Positions 50,017-62,025 of a DNA stretch of 64,000 nucleotides are shown in pieces. A program made the position numbers and the translations under genes. Every line of letters starts with the position of its first letter. The stretch's first letter is position 1. Source of the DNA: Anthoceros angustus (Eukaryota; Plantae; Anthocerotophyta); contig VJWM01000063.1 in assembly GCA_010909165.1 (NCBI GenBank), forward strand, positions 1,178,001-1,242,000, in the 5' to 3' direction. The notes beneath the pieces are model-generated. The model did not search any database. It was not told the origin of the DNA and saw only the letters and a list, made by a program, of their open reading frames with translations.

Positions 50017-52066
50017 ATGGGCGGAGGGAGCGGCGTGGAAGTGCATTGGCCTAATCTTATCGACTCTAGTCTTTGTGCGATCAGCGGGGGCTATGGCAGC
50101 GTTCCGCAAATGCAGATGGGAGGGAGCTTTGTAGACGATTATTCGCTGGCGATGGCGGCGCCTGCGGCGTTGTGGTCCGGGGGCATGGCGCCGAATGCTG
50201 CGCCTGTTTCTGCCTCTGCTCCTGCTGCTGTGCAGGGGGTGGGGCTGAGTGCCGGTCATGTCAACTTTTCGTCCGCGCACCTTCACTTCGGTTCTGGATT
50301 TGGATTGGGATCGGGAGGGAGTCTGCCGGGGATGACCATGAGCATGAGCATGAGCATGGCGCACTCGGGGAGTATGGGACTGGTGTCGCCGGAGCCGACC
50401 TTGTTCGAGATGGTGAATGCTGCGCCGCAGAGTTTGCGTGCGCTAGGGCCGGGGTTTGGGGCTGGGGGCATGCTGGACATGGCGGGAGCGATGCAGCAGC
50501 CTCTTGATTTGCCGGGATTAGGATTGGGGAGCGCCTGCAGTGCAGCCGCTGGCGCCTTTGCGCTGCACCCTGAATTGGAGGCTGCGGAATTGGTAGGAGT
50601 TGCGGACAACGGAGATCTGCACGCTCTGCCGCCGATGCTTCCCATCCTGGGAGGAGGTTTGGGAGATGATGCAGCGGCCTCGTTGCTCAACATGGCCGTC
50701 AATGTTGCCCTGCCCCTGCCGATGCCTCTGCAGCAGGGGCCCGGGTTAGGGGAGGGGAGCAATGACGGCCTCTTCGGCTTGCCCGCGGGGGTGCCGATGC
50801 CGATGGAAGCAGGTGTGCCAGGTTCAGGTGTGGGAGGGGGCTTCATTGATATGGCCGGCCGGTTTCAGCTCAACTCCTTCTCCGACCTCGCACATCTGTC
50901 TGCCGTCACCAGCCAGCCTTTAAATTATATTCTGCAGCAGGATCCGGGTGCAGGAATGCAGCCGATGGTCTCTGCTGTCGGTCCGAGGGTCGGAGGTGTG
51001 CCGGATAACATTCCGGCGGCTGCACCTCCGCCTCCGCCTCCTCCTCTCCGCTTTGCGGATCTTAATGTCACTTCCATTCCCTATGACAGCCGGTATCGGC
51101 AGCCGTATGGAGCTTCTGTGCCTCCTGCTCTGCTCTTCCCCAAGGCGGAGTCCAAGCTAGACCATGGCTTTCCAGGATCCCCTCTCCATGCCGGAGGAGG
51201 AGGAGGAGTAGGACGAGGAGTAGGAGGCCTCGGCTTGGGCCTGGGAGGAGGGGTGCTCCCAGGAGGTGCCCTGGTGCTGGATGGAGCACGCAGCGAGCTC
51301 ATCAACATCTCCAAAATGACACCGCAGGAGATCTTGGATGCCAAAGCTCTTGCCGCGTCCAAAAGCCACAGCGAGGCTGAACGACGGCGTCGAGAGAGGA
51401 TCAACACGCATCTCGGCACTCTCCGCACCATACTTCCCAGCTCCACCAAGGTTCGTGTACTACTCTCTCTGTCAAGTCGCTTCTTGATTCGTCGCCATGC
51501 ATCTCGAGACGTGCAAGGTCCAGAGAGTGCTGTGTCCAGGCCTCTCTATCCACTTGTTCCTTGTCCTGTGCATGCTGCAGACCGATAAGGCTTCTTTGCT
51601 AGGAGAGGTGATCGAGCATGTCAAGGAGCTGAAGCGGCAGGCTGCCGACATCGATGGTCCAGTGCCAACCGAAGTGGACGAGCTCGGAGTGGAGATAAAC
51701 GAGGCCAGCGAGAAGCATCCCGGCAAGCTCATCATCAAGCTCACCGTCTGCTGCGACGACAGGCCCGGCCTGCTCACAGATCTCGGCCGAGCGGTGGAAG
51801 CGTGCAAGCTGGACAACTTCAGCGTGGAGCTCTCCACCTTGGCCGGCAGGCTAAAGGTGATCATACTGGCTGCCTGCACCGAATCCGTTCAAGAAGCCAA
51901 ACAGGATGCTGTCATGAGCAGCTTGCAGGAGGCAGTGCGCGCAGCTCTGGACAAGGTCGGGCCTGCCACTGCCGCTGCCACTTCCACCCGGACCAACTCC
52001 TCGGGCAGTTCGGGAGGCCTGAAGCGGCAGAGAACCGCCATGGAAGCATCCAGCCCCTCCTATTGA
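50017..52066 (+). CDS. TMO5-like: bHLH transcription factor of subfamily Vb (TMO5/bHLH32-bHLH30 clade) with ACT-like C-terminus; 2 exons (50017-51450, 51581-52066)
   Basis: KMTPQEILDAKALAASKSHSEAERRRRERINTHLGTLRTILPSSTK|TDKASLLGEVIEHVKELKRQ, PVPTEVDEL, CCDDRPGLL, STLAGR; start codon uncertain. Confidence 0.9.
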
Positions 52067-52685
52067 GACTCTGTACAGCTCCACATTGGAACTTGAAGAA
52101 GAAGAAGAAGAATGAAGAACATCGGAACTTGATGAAGAAGAAGAAGAAGAAGTGTTCTAAAGTCTTCTAGGATATATCTTAGAGTCATGAAGACGATTGA
52201 TGGCTGTGTGGGAGGTAGCCTGGCTAGCAGACGCTTCCCGAACATTCATCTTTGCATCTGTCATGCTTGTACTCTTACTGCACCAACCTTATTCTACCTA
52301 AGCCGCACCTCGTGAGAAGCTGATCCGGATCAGTGCCATGGTCAGAGGTTCCGAACATGGATCCGGTAGTGAGCTGTCCCTCGCGGCGACATGCAGCCCT
52401 CCAGATTTCGTCGCTCTCGCACATGCTCGCTCCCGGCTCCGGGGCACGCGGGATTTGAGATGCTCTCATCCCGGCCACCCGAATTCCAATTCTTCTGTGC
52501 CTCGCCTTTTTTGCACCAAATCAGATCTCAGCTTTTTCACCAGTGTCAAATCCATTCCGCGGTACACACCGTCCCACGCGGTACTGTTTCGCCTGGCCTA
52601 TACCGGTTTTGCTTCTCCGCAGCGGCAAACCCAATGCCCATTGCCGACATGCCATGCTTGGATTGCATAGTACGCTCATCACCAC

Positions 52686-53157
52686 GGGCTTGGGCTTGGG
52701 CTTGGGCTTGGGCTTGGGCTTGGGCTTGGGCTTGGGCTTGGGCTTGGGCTTGGGCTTGGGCTTGGGCTTGGCAGGCTTGGGCAGGCTTGGGCTTGGGCTT
52801 GGGCTTGGGCAGGCTTGGGCTTGGGCTTGGGCTTGGGCAGGCAGGCTTGGGCTTGGCAGGCTTGGGCAGGCTTGGGCTTGGGCTTGGGCTTGGGCTTGGG
52901 CAGGCTTGGGCAGGCAGGCTTGGGCTTGGGCTTCCGGGCTTGGGCTTGGGCTTGGGCTTGGGCTTGGGCTTGGGCTTGGGCTTGGGCTTGGGCTTGGGCA
53001 GGCTTGGGCTTGGGCTTGGGCTTGGGCTTAGGCAGGCTTGGGCTTGGGCTTGGGCTTGGGCTTGGGCGGCTTGGGCTTGGGCTTGGGCTTGGGCTTGGGC
53101 TTGGGCAGGCTTGGGCTTGGGCCAGGCTTGGGCTTGGGCTTGGGCTTGGGCAGGCTT
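52686..53157. repeat. (GGGCTT)n hexamer array of about 470 bp with GGCA interruptions
   Basis: Read directly; produces the spurious AW and LG repeat ORFs. Confidence 0.97.
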
Positions 53158-53402
53158 GTTATATCATTTATTTACTACTACTATTAGAGTAACGCCCACT
53201 TACTAGGCAGCCACTAAAAAAGTGAGAGTAGTGTTGGCTTTCCCTGCGGTTTACGACCTAGCCAATTCACTCGCGATCAAAGACATCCACCAACCGTAGC
53301 CCGCCGTGAAGTGATGATTCGGAGACTACATCCTTGAGGTGTTGTTCTTCATTCATAGAATACTCATTTGAGTCTTGCAATCGAAGGCCAAATGGCTATG
53401 GC

Positions 53403-53828
53403 CCTTGTAGCCAGACGCCCAACTGGCTACTACCATTGTAACCATATGCCTAACTAGCTATCACCATTGTAGCCAGACGTCCAACTGGCTTCCACCATTG
53501 TAGCCAGATGCCCAACTAGCTACTACCATTGCAATGTCCAACTGGCCACCATTGTAGCCAGACGTCCAACTGGCTACCACCATTGTAGCCAGACGACCAA
53601 CTGGCTACCACCATTGTAGCCAGACGCCCAACTGGCTACTACCATTGTAACGTCCAACTGGCAACCACCATTGTAGCCAGATGCCCAACTAGCTACTACC
53701 ATTGTAGCGTCCAACTAGCTACCACCATTGTAGCTAGACGCCCAATTGGCTACTACCCTTGTAAACCAGACGCCCAAGTGGCTACTACCCTTGTAGCCAG
53801 ACGCCCAACTAGATACTACCCTTGTAGA
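53403..53828. repeat. Minisatellite, 31-bp unit ACCATTGTAGCCAGACGYCCAACTGGCTACY
   Basis: Period 31 (53579 to 53610); each unit contains the inverted pair GTAGCCAG / CTGGCTAC. Confidence 0.9.
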
Positions 53829-54129
53829 TGATTACTCCAATCTCGCTAGTCCGTTGTACATAGTATCGTCAGTATATTTTTCTTGGATTCTGTTCATTCT
53901 CTCTATTGATCCTCTTGTATCATGGTGATATGCTAACGTCGACGACACTATTTGGAGGGTGGGTGAGAGTCGATGTAAATACATGGATGTCTGAATAGAG
54001 TAAGTAAGAATGTTGCTTGACTTAGCAGCAACACATAATTTCATTTCTCCTAGCAAGGCAAGCAAGCTTGGTTTGTCATGAGCTAGTACATCTGAGCCAT
54101 GTGGAGTCAAACAAGCTAAATGAATGTTG

Positions 54130-54590
54130 CTATACATAGGCGAATTCTTGAAAGTGCCTTTGTAGATAAGGAATTGGAAAGGAGCTACAAGCTTTACAGT
54201 TGTCGATATGGATGATCATGAAATTACCTTGGGCTTGGAATGGATGAAGTTCAATAAGCTATGTGTGAACGTGGACTCGCACACCATACATATCTCAGGA
54301 ATGGAGAGCACAAGTTGTGCAGGTCTCAAGCAATGGCTTGAAGATAGTAGTGACAATCTCATCTCCAAGAAAGAGCTCAAGCCTTGTGTAAAGGATGAAG
54401 AGGAATTCTTTGTATTTGTGCTACAACTAGGCTGGGGAAGATTAACTTGAATGGAATTCAAGAACAGCCACAGATCCCAAAGGAAGTTCAAGCTATTTGG
54501 GATGAGTTCAAAAACTACATGCCTGATGAGTTGCATTGTGTACCTCTTAGGAGAATTGTAGGTCATGAGATTGATCTCAAACTAGGAAGT
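54130..54590 (+). mobile_element. Degenerate Ty3/Gypsy protease C-terminus and pre-RT linker
   Basis: FTVVDMDDHEITLGLEWM; EVQAIWDEFKNYMPDEL..PLRRIVGHEIDL. Confidence 0.7.
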
Positions 54591-54619
54591 ACAGGGTGTT
54601 GTTTTGTGGTATCTGAGTG

Positions 54620-55290
54620 TAGTGCGTTGTCTGTGCAAGAAGATGCTCGAAAGGCCTTATTGTCTTGAAGCCCTTGCTTGAAATTGCACAACTCATTTTG
54701 TGTTCTCCATCCTGATATCATTTGCAAATACAATGAATATCAGGCAGTCTATTTCTTCCTTAACATAGTCACATTTTATGAAAGCCAAGAACAAAGAATT
54801 TGCGCTCAATTTCACTTGTTGGACATGCTCTTCTAAGGTAGAACGGTATATTACCATGATATCAATATTACCATGATATCACCCCAACAGAGTACAAGAC
54901 ACTCGTGCATCAAATCTCTGAATATAGTATTCCTGAGAGTCTGAAACATGGCTCGTGTATAAGTGAGTCCAAATGGCATGACCAGAAACCATTATCTTAT
55001 ACCATCCATTATACCTTTTTTTATTATAGTTTTAAGAGTATTCATATCCTTCTACCATGGGGATATGGTAATAGCCAGCCATTACTTGGCAAAGGATATG
55101 AATTCTTAAAAGTAATCTAATTATGATTTTAGAGCACTGCTTTGAAATGTAATTCAAGCATAATCTCGACCCTCCATTCTGCTTGTACCTAAACAACGTT
55201 GGTGTATCAAATGGGGACTTTGAGATTCTTACACAGCCCTCGACTAGTAGGTTAGACATCTATCTCTTCAGTTCTTGCGGCTCATCTTGC
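54620..55290 (-). mobile_element. Degenerate Ty3/Gypsy reverse transcriptase fragment, inverted relative to the adjacent protease
   Basis: ELKR.MSNLLVEGCVRISKSPFDTPTLFRYKQNGGSRLCLNY...GYYHIPM. Confidence 0.7.
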
Positions 55291-55544
55291 AACAACCTAT
55301 ACGTTGCTCTTGATATAGCTAGTAAAGAAACACAAGTATTGGCTTCTCAATGTTTAGGATCTTGCGAATTCACTCATGAGAAACATACATGAACTTTCAA
55401 CGCTCTCAACCTTACGACGCAACACTAAATAACCCACCGTCAATTGATGACTCCTACACTATCTCTTCGAAGTACTGCCCTTTATTCACAAAATATATAC
55501 TTGAGTGTAGCTGTCCTTTATTCATAGTATACACACTTAAGTTT

Positions 55545-56208
55545 AGCTATCTACACCCAACTAGCTTCTACCCTGGGCCTTGATTCACTTGAGTCTAGCT
55601 TCTCCCCTAGGCCTTGACTCACTTGAGTCTAGCTATCTACACCCAACTGGCTTCTACCCTGGGCCTTGACTCACTTGAATCTAGCTTCTGCCCTAGGCGT
55701 CGAGTCACTTGAGTCTAGCTATTTACAGCCAATTGGCTTTTGCCCTGGGCCTTGACTCACTTGAGTCTAGCTTCTCCCCTAGGCCTTGACTCACTTGAGT
55801 CTATCTATCTACACCCAATTGGCTTCTGCCCTGGGCCTTGACTCACATGAGTTTAGCTATCTACGGCCAACTGGCTTCTGCCCTAGGCCTTGACTCATAT
55901 GAGTCTAGCTATCTACGGCCAACTGGCTTCTGCCCTAGGCCTTGACTCACATGAGTTTAGCTATCTACGGCCAACTGGCTTCTGCCCTAGGCCTTGACTC
56001 ATATGAGTCTAGCTATCTACGGCCAACTGGCTTCTGCCCTAGGCCTTGACTCACATGAGTCTAGCTATCTATGGCCAACTGGCTTCTGCCCTAGGCCTTG
56101 ACTCACATGAGTCTAGCTATCTACGGCCAACTGGCTTCTGCCCTAGGCCTTGACTCACATGAGTCTAGCTATCTATGGCCAACTGGCTTCTGCCGTAGGC
56201 CTTGACTC
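55545..56208. repeat. Minisatellite, 52-bp unit GCCTTGACTCAYATGAGTCTAGCTATCTACGGCCAACTGGCTTCTGCCCTAG
   Basis: Period 52 (55887 to 55939); internal palindrome GACTCA-NN-TGAGTC. Confidence 0.95.
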
Positions 56209-56724
56209 GAGGGCTACTGCCCTAAGCATTGACTCAGGGACAAGCTCACGAGCTAGCTCTCTCCAGCTCTCACACACAAGGTATAAAATAGCATGAATGA
56301 ATACCTCAAAGGCATTGCTCTACCCCTTATATATCCCGCAAGCTCTTCTCAATTAGGCAACTACTAACCCCGGGAATTTTTGCAGACCACCCATCATTAA
56401 GAGTCCTCTCTCACATGCAAGGCATAGAATAGCATGAATGAACGTATCCACTAGGCCAAATGGACACACATTTATAAGAATGTGGCTATTAAGCATCTTG
56501 CGCTTTTATCGGTACTTCGATGGGGTACCTAAAGGAAGTAGATGCCCTTGGTGCTAGTAGCTTAGGCACACCATGGTATTAGTTGGTAGTACCAAGTCCC
56601 ATAAAAGAAAATTCCATCCAAGTGGACTGTATTATATTTCTTTTTCCTCGTCCTCTTGTAGCCCATATATATCTCAAAGGCTTGCCTCAACTAAGCAAAC
56701 TGCTAACCCCAAGAATTGTTGCAG

Positions 56725-57035
56725 ACCACCTATCATCAAGAGTCCTTTCTAGGCAGGTCTTTATTAGAGGCTGCAGCAATTCCTCATTAATACAAGTTTC
56801 CATGAAGGAGAACCAAAAAGTCCTTTGTTGCATACCACCTATCATCAAGAGTCCTTTCTAGGCAGGTCTTTATTAGAGGCTGCACAATTTCTCATTAATA
56901 CAAGTTTCCATGAAGGAGAACCAAAAAGTCCTTTGTTGCATACCACCTATCATCAAGAGTCCTTTCTAGGCAGGTCTTTATTAGAGGCTGCACAATTTCT
57001 CATTACTACAAGTTTCTATGAAGGAGAACCAAAAA
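56725..57035. repeat. About 108-bp tandem repeat, 3 copies
   Basis: ACCACCTATCATCAAGAGTCCTTTCTAGG at 56725, 56834 and 56942. Confidence 0.95.
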
Positions 57036-57249
57036 ATGTCTATTATAATCCACTTGGATGGAATCTTCTATCATGAAGCATGCAATCTTAACACAGCAGC
57101 TACTTAATTAATTTTTTCACTTTTTCCTACTTCTAATTTTTTACCTTATTTCACCAATGCCATGATTATTAGCATTATTGTTGATTATTCCATTTGGGCT
57201 TGGAGATGTAGTGGTCAAGCAAACGCTAGCAAGGCATAGCTCCGGTTAA

Positions 57250-58310
57250 CATGTGGTGATTTTGCAAGAGAATTTTGGGTCCTCTAGGTCTACATTGTCA
57301 TGTTCCAAGTGCTCAATGTCAAGGATCCTACGATTTGCATTATTGTAGATGTTTTTGGAGGAAATTTGAGGTCGGTAGGATGTGAGGGGAGGAGAATTTG
57401 CTATGCGTGCCTTGTTGGAGTGGGCTTGGGGACTTGTCATTATAGCTAGTTGCGGAAGAGGATATGAATATGCTGCCTTGCCATAGAGAGGTTCAGGAGA
57501 TTCTCGGCCGGAACATAGCAGTTTAGCATGTGTGGCAAGGTAAGTAGGGGAAGGAGTGCATCTATATTTTTTCATGCTGGCATTGACATGCTTGTATGGT
57601 TTGTTGCAGGTCAGGTAGGTCAGGTTGGAGATTTAGAGGAAAGGGTGCGCCAGAAGGTGCATTCTGCAAGAGCTATGGTAACACTGTTGACTGAGGAATG
57701 AATTATGTAGGTTTTAGGGCAAGGGCATGGTGTCATGCATGTACTGCAGAGCTGTGTGGCCTGTATGAGTAGGGTAAGCAAGGTGTTGGAGTGGACATGA
57801 TAGCAGGGTACGTTAACTTGGCAGCGCACTCAGACAACCGTGTCGACACCAAGAGAAGGAAGGCTTGAAACTTTCTCCATGGATCAATGAGATGGTAGTA
57901 CCAGATCCGTGAGTTCAAAAGATTTGCATCTCCAACATGCATGTGCAGAGTAGGCATCGTAGGTTTAGGGATCGGGAGGCAGCTTGATGCAGAAGCTAGA
58001 GAAGGAAGCACTTGATGCATTTATAGCCTGCATTAGCTTGGTAATCACGTTTGCAAGCAGGGTCGGAAGCCGGCGTTTGTAGCCAGCATCAGCTTGATAA
58101 TCACCTTTGCAAGCAGGGTCAGAAGCCGGCGTTTGTAGCCTGAAGGAATTGCAGCTCCTGCATATTACAATCTCCAAGAGTTCCCTTCGAATGATGCCTG
58201 TGAGCGACCCATCAGGTGTGGCAGAGCAAGCCGGGCATTTGCGTATTACTTTGTTCTGCACCAGGTTTATGAGTCTCAACATCCAGATGTTCAGTCTGCA
58301 ATCACCGTGA
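57250..58310 (-). mobile_element. Possible degenerate MULE/MuDR-like transposase relic (SWIM-finger-like)
   Basis: Across a frameshift reads LAECTFWRT...CNKPYKHV, resembling a decayed CxC...PCKH SWIM motif; weak. Confidence 0.3.
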
Positions 58311-58744
58311 AGAAAGGCGCACCGAGTACCTACACACTTTACTCCCTACGTGGCTTCCAGCCGATACTCCAGTTCAAACTCAACACTTCTTTTTCTAGAG
58401 GTCCTCAACTACGAAAGATCACTTTATTGTTGCGGTAAGCACCCCATCCCAATAGCCAAACGCCCTTGGGTCGGGGTTTCTAAGAACTTATGCCTTTATA
58501 TTTTAAGTTCTCTTCCTTGCGACAACTCGGTACTTACTTCAATTATTAAGCTGCAGCTATTAAGGAGAAGACAAAGGACTGGACTGATTAACTTACATTT
58601 GAATCAATATTTTAGATTTATTATTATGTAATATGTAAAAATATTGTCTAACTTAAGTATTTTACTAGTACACAAGTAGACAACCTAGGTTAACAATCTT
58701 AGGTACATGGACATGGCAGGCTCCCAATATTGACAATTTGAATA

Positions 58745-59045
58745 AGATGAGCTACAACTTGAAACCAAGGCTCTTGGATGAGCGATAACTTGAGAGTAGG
58801 GCTTTTGGACGAGCCACAATTTGAGAGTAGGGTTCTTGTATGAGCCACAACTTGAGAGTAGCAATCTGAGATGACCAACAACTTGTGAGTAGGGCTCTTA
58901 TATGAGCCACAACTTGAGAACCATAAGTAGGGCTCATACATGAGCCACAACTTGAGAACCATAAGTAGGGCTCATACATGAGCCACAACTTAAGAGCCAA
59001 CACCACTTGAGAGTAGGGTTGTTAGATGAGCCAACTTTAGAGTAG
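58745..59045. repeat. Degenerate 30-41-bp minisatellite (ATGAGCCACAACTTGAGA...GTAGGG)
   Basis: Core motif repeated about 8 times. Confidence 0.85.
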
Positions 59046-60577
59046 AGCTTTTTTTGTTTGGATGTTCTTGAATGTTGTTGATATTATTGAAATTTCTCTT
59101 AAGTCTATATAAATATATATTTAACTAATTTATTTAATAATTTGATTTTGTTTTTCGTTTGCTATCTTAGGATCTTGGCTAACAATTTGGCATGGTCCAA
59201 ATGGAAGGCTCTCGATATGAAATTTCTATTAAGTCTGTATCTATGTGCATTCAATGAAATAACTTCTTATGCTGTTTTTTATTTGGCTTTTATCTTTCAT
59301 TCAGATTACTTATAGCTATATATATACTCTAGGATTCTAAGATCCTTTGCAACCATTCGAGCGTGTGTGCACCAGCTTTTGAGCTCAATATACTAACCTA
59401 ACACGTATGTACCGAAGGTTTGGTTCATTTATATCTTTTAGATCACATGATATGTCGCTGAAGATGGTTGATGTATTCTCTATGGATTGACATAGCAGGA
59501 TGCCGAGAAAGTCAGAAAAGAAAGAGAAACATACAAATGAAGAAGGGCACACGTCCAGTGATGTGTGCCTTGGGAAACGTAAAGTGAAAGAGGTTGATAT
59601 ATCGTTGAAACATATAAGTGAAGAAGGTCATACGTCTAGTGATGGACGCCTTGGAAAACGTAAAGTGAAAGAGGTTGACATATCCAAGGATATCCAAGTT
59701 GAGGAAGAGAAATCAGGGCTCCAAGGGAAACCCACCAGACATCAATCGAAGATTGTGAAAAAGAATTTAGAAGTAAGTGATCTAATTTCAATCATGCGCA
59801 TTTGGATTCATTAATATAAAATTTTGATTTGGTTTGTTGTTAGTAATATTTGCTACTTCATGTGTGAAGCAATTTTACTCCCACTTCACGTTTTCTTGTC
59901 TTCTTCCTTTCCTGGGCAGAAAGTAATCCCTACATTACCTTCACCCAAAAATAAAATACCACTTCAGAGATATGCAACTAAAGAAAAAAAACAGGTGAAT
60001 GTGAACTCTTGCTGCAAAATGGGGTTTATAGAGAAGGCACATGACGAATTGCAACGTGATTGTTTTTTGTTGTTGTTTGTTTTCCTTGTGTGACTGTAGA
60101 AGGTGCCAAGCAGCCTTAAAGGTTTGGCGGCATATCAAGAGGAACACAATCTAGACCACCATGAATTTCTAGCGGATCTTTTGTCTAACTCAGATACAGA
60201 TATAAAAGGTCACCGTAGAAGGTGACCGTCTCGCACTTTGATGTGTGGTAGATCTTCTTCCTACCTTGGATACAGATCCATAGAGAAGGTGATCATCTTG
60301 CACTTTGATGTCTTGCTCTCCTTGAGATTTTGGCCAGTTTTAAGAAGGACCACATGTTTTGGCTAGATATGAGAGTTGGCTAGGTGTATGGAGGAACTTA
60401 GGTTTTGACTAAGCAGGAGACGGAACTCTGGTTTTGATCGGGTAGTAAGAGCTTATTGATTTCATCTTGTGCCTCAAAGATTAAGATTGAGTATACCCTG
60501 TCTTATTAAATTTATGTTCGATTTTAACCAAAAAACATATTGGAGCCAATTAGCAATATTCTTCAAATATTTTTGTA

Positions 60578-60720
60578 ACCACGCACGTAAGTTGTTAGCT
60601 TTGAAGAAGATTTCCATGCACTTAAGTTATTAGCTTTGAAGAAGATTTCCACGCACCTAAATTATTAGCTTTGAAGAAGATTTCCACGCACCTAAATTAT
60701 TAGCTTTGTAGAAGATTTCC
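60578..60720. repeat. 35-bp tandem repeat, about 4 copies
   Basis: TTAGCTTTG(A/T)AGAAGATTTCC at 60595, 60630, 60665 and 60700. Confidence 0.9.
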
Positions 60721-61261
60721 TGCAAAAAGATGTGTAACAATGACAATGCAAGTTGTTTTACTAGTTACACAATACTTGAGCCGCTATGCATCATAGAATA
60801 TTAGCTAATCAACAAATTGTATATTGCATTAGCTAACCCATTAATTTAATAACAAATCATCTACACACTAGAGTGAAATGAACTATTAATATATTTCATA
60901 ACTAGCAGTCTAATAAATCAAATATCTCATAAGTTAATTGATAGTGGGAGATAATCCGATATCTCTTACCAAGTTCTTTTTCTTTATGATGATTATGTTA
61001 TTTATATTGCATGGAATTGTTTTTATTATATCTCATTAATTAGTTGAGAGTAAAGGATAGGCACACCTCTCTTACCAAGTCAATTATTGTATTAAGTGTA
61101 GATAGGGTATTTACATTCTACTTTTAGAGGACCTTGAGCCCCTTACAACAATAGAGATAACCGAATATAACAGGAGAGCCTTACAACATGAGCCATTTGC
61201 GGACAGAGATCTCGGAGACCCTTTCAACACAACAGAGGTCTATTGTGAGTAGAGATCTCAT

Positions 61262-61441
61262 AAAGCTTTACAATATGCTCATTGCAACCTCAAAAAGCCT
61301 TACAATATGCCTACTGCAATTGAGCTTTACAATATGCTCATTGCAACCTCAAAGAGCCTTACAATATGCCGATTGCAATTGAGCTTTACAATATGCTCAT
61401 TGCAACCTCAAAAAGCCTTACAATATGCCTATTGCAATTGA
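61262..61441. repeat. 59-bp tandem repeat, 3 copies, built from about 30-bp subunits
   Basis: GAGCTTTACAATATGCTCATTGCAACCTC at 61322 and 61381. Confidence 0.9.
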
Positions 61442-62025
61442 GATCATACATCAGACAGCCCTGAAGGGCTTCATACTAGACAGGCTCCCAAGGCCAAGAG
61501 TAAGGAAGAATGGGTTTACCTCATCTCCGTGGTGATTGGAGCGTAGGGTCGCTTAACGAGATAGTTCCAATAAACGCCTGGCTATTGGATCACTCCTCAA
61601 AGGAGGACAATGAAGTTACTTTGATGAATCGATCGCATTGCATTGTTGTTATAATAATTTTAATTTATTTAATTATAATAATTAAATTTCTATGGGCACA
61701 ATTGCTGGTATGCTGTAATGTACTCTGGATTCATGTAGCTTATTTGAATGACTGTTGAGGGATGGATCACCATGTGTGCACCTACCTACATATGTAGGTA
61801 CATTGGACACCTGTTAACTTTACCACGCAGGTTAGGTGCGTTTCTGATTGTTTGGCTTAATTTGTCGAGTGATGTTGTAGGGCCTGACTGACTCTGCTAG
61901 AGTAGGTCTCTGACTTACTGCGAGCAACAAGCAAGCAAGGAGCTGTCCGCCAGCTGAGCCTGGATGCGAGCGGGAGCAGGGCATCCTCGTGCTTGGCCTC
62001 GGCCGGGGTGTATGCACTTTCCAAC

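Noticed and set aside
52391-53206. ORFs with AWAWAW and LGLGLG repeats
   Set aside because: Translation of the stop-free GGGCTT array
55545-56208. CRISPR-like array of palindromic repeats (also 53403-53828)
   Set aside because: Units are head-to-tail with no unique spacers, there are no cas genes, and the context is eukaryotic
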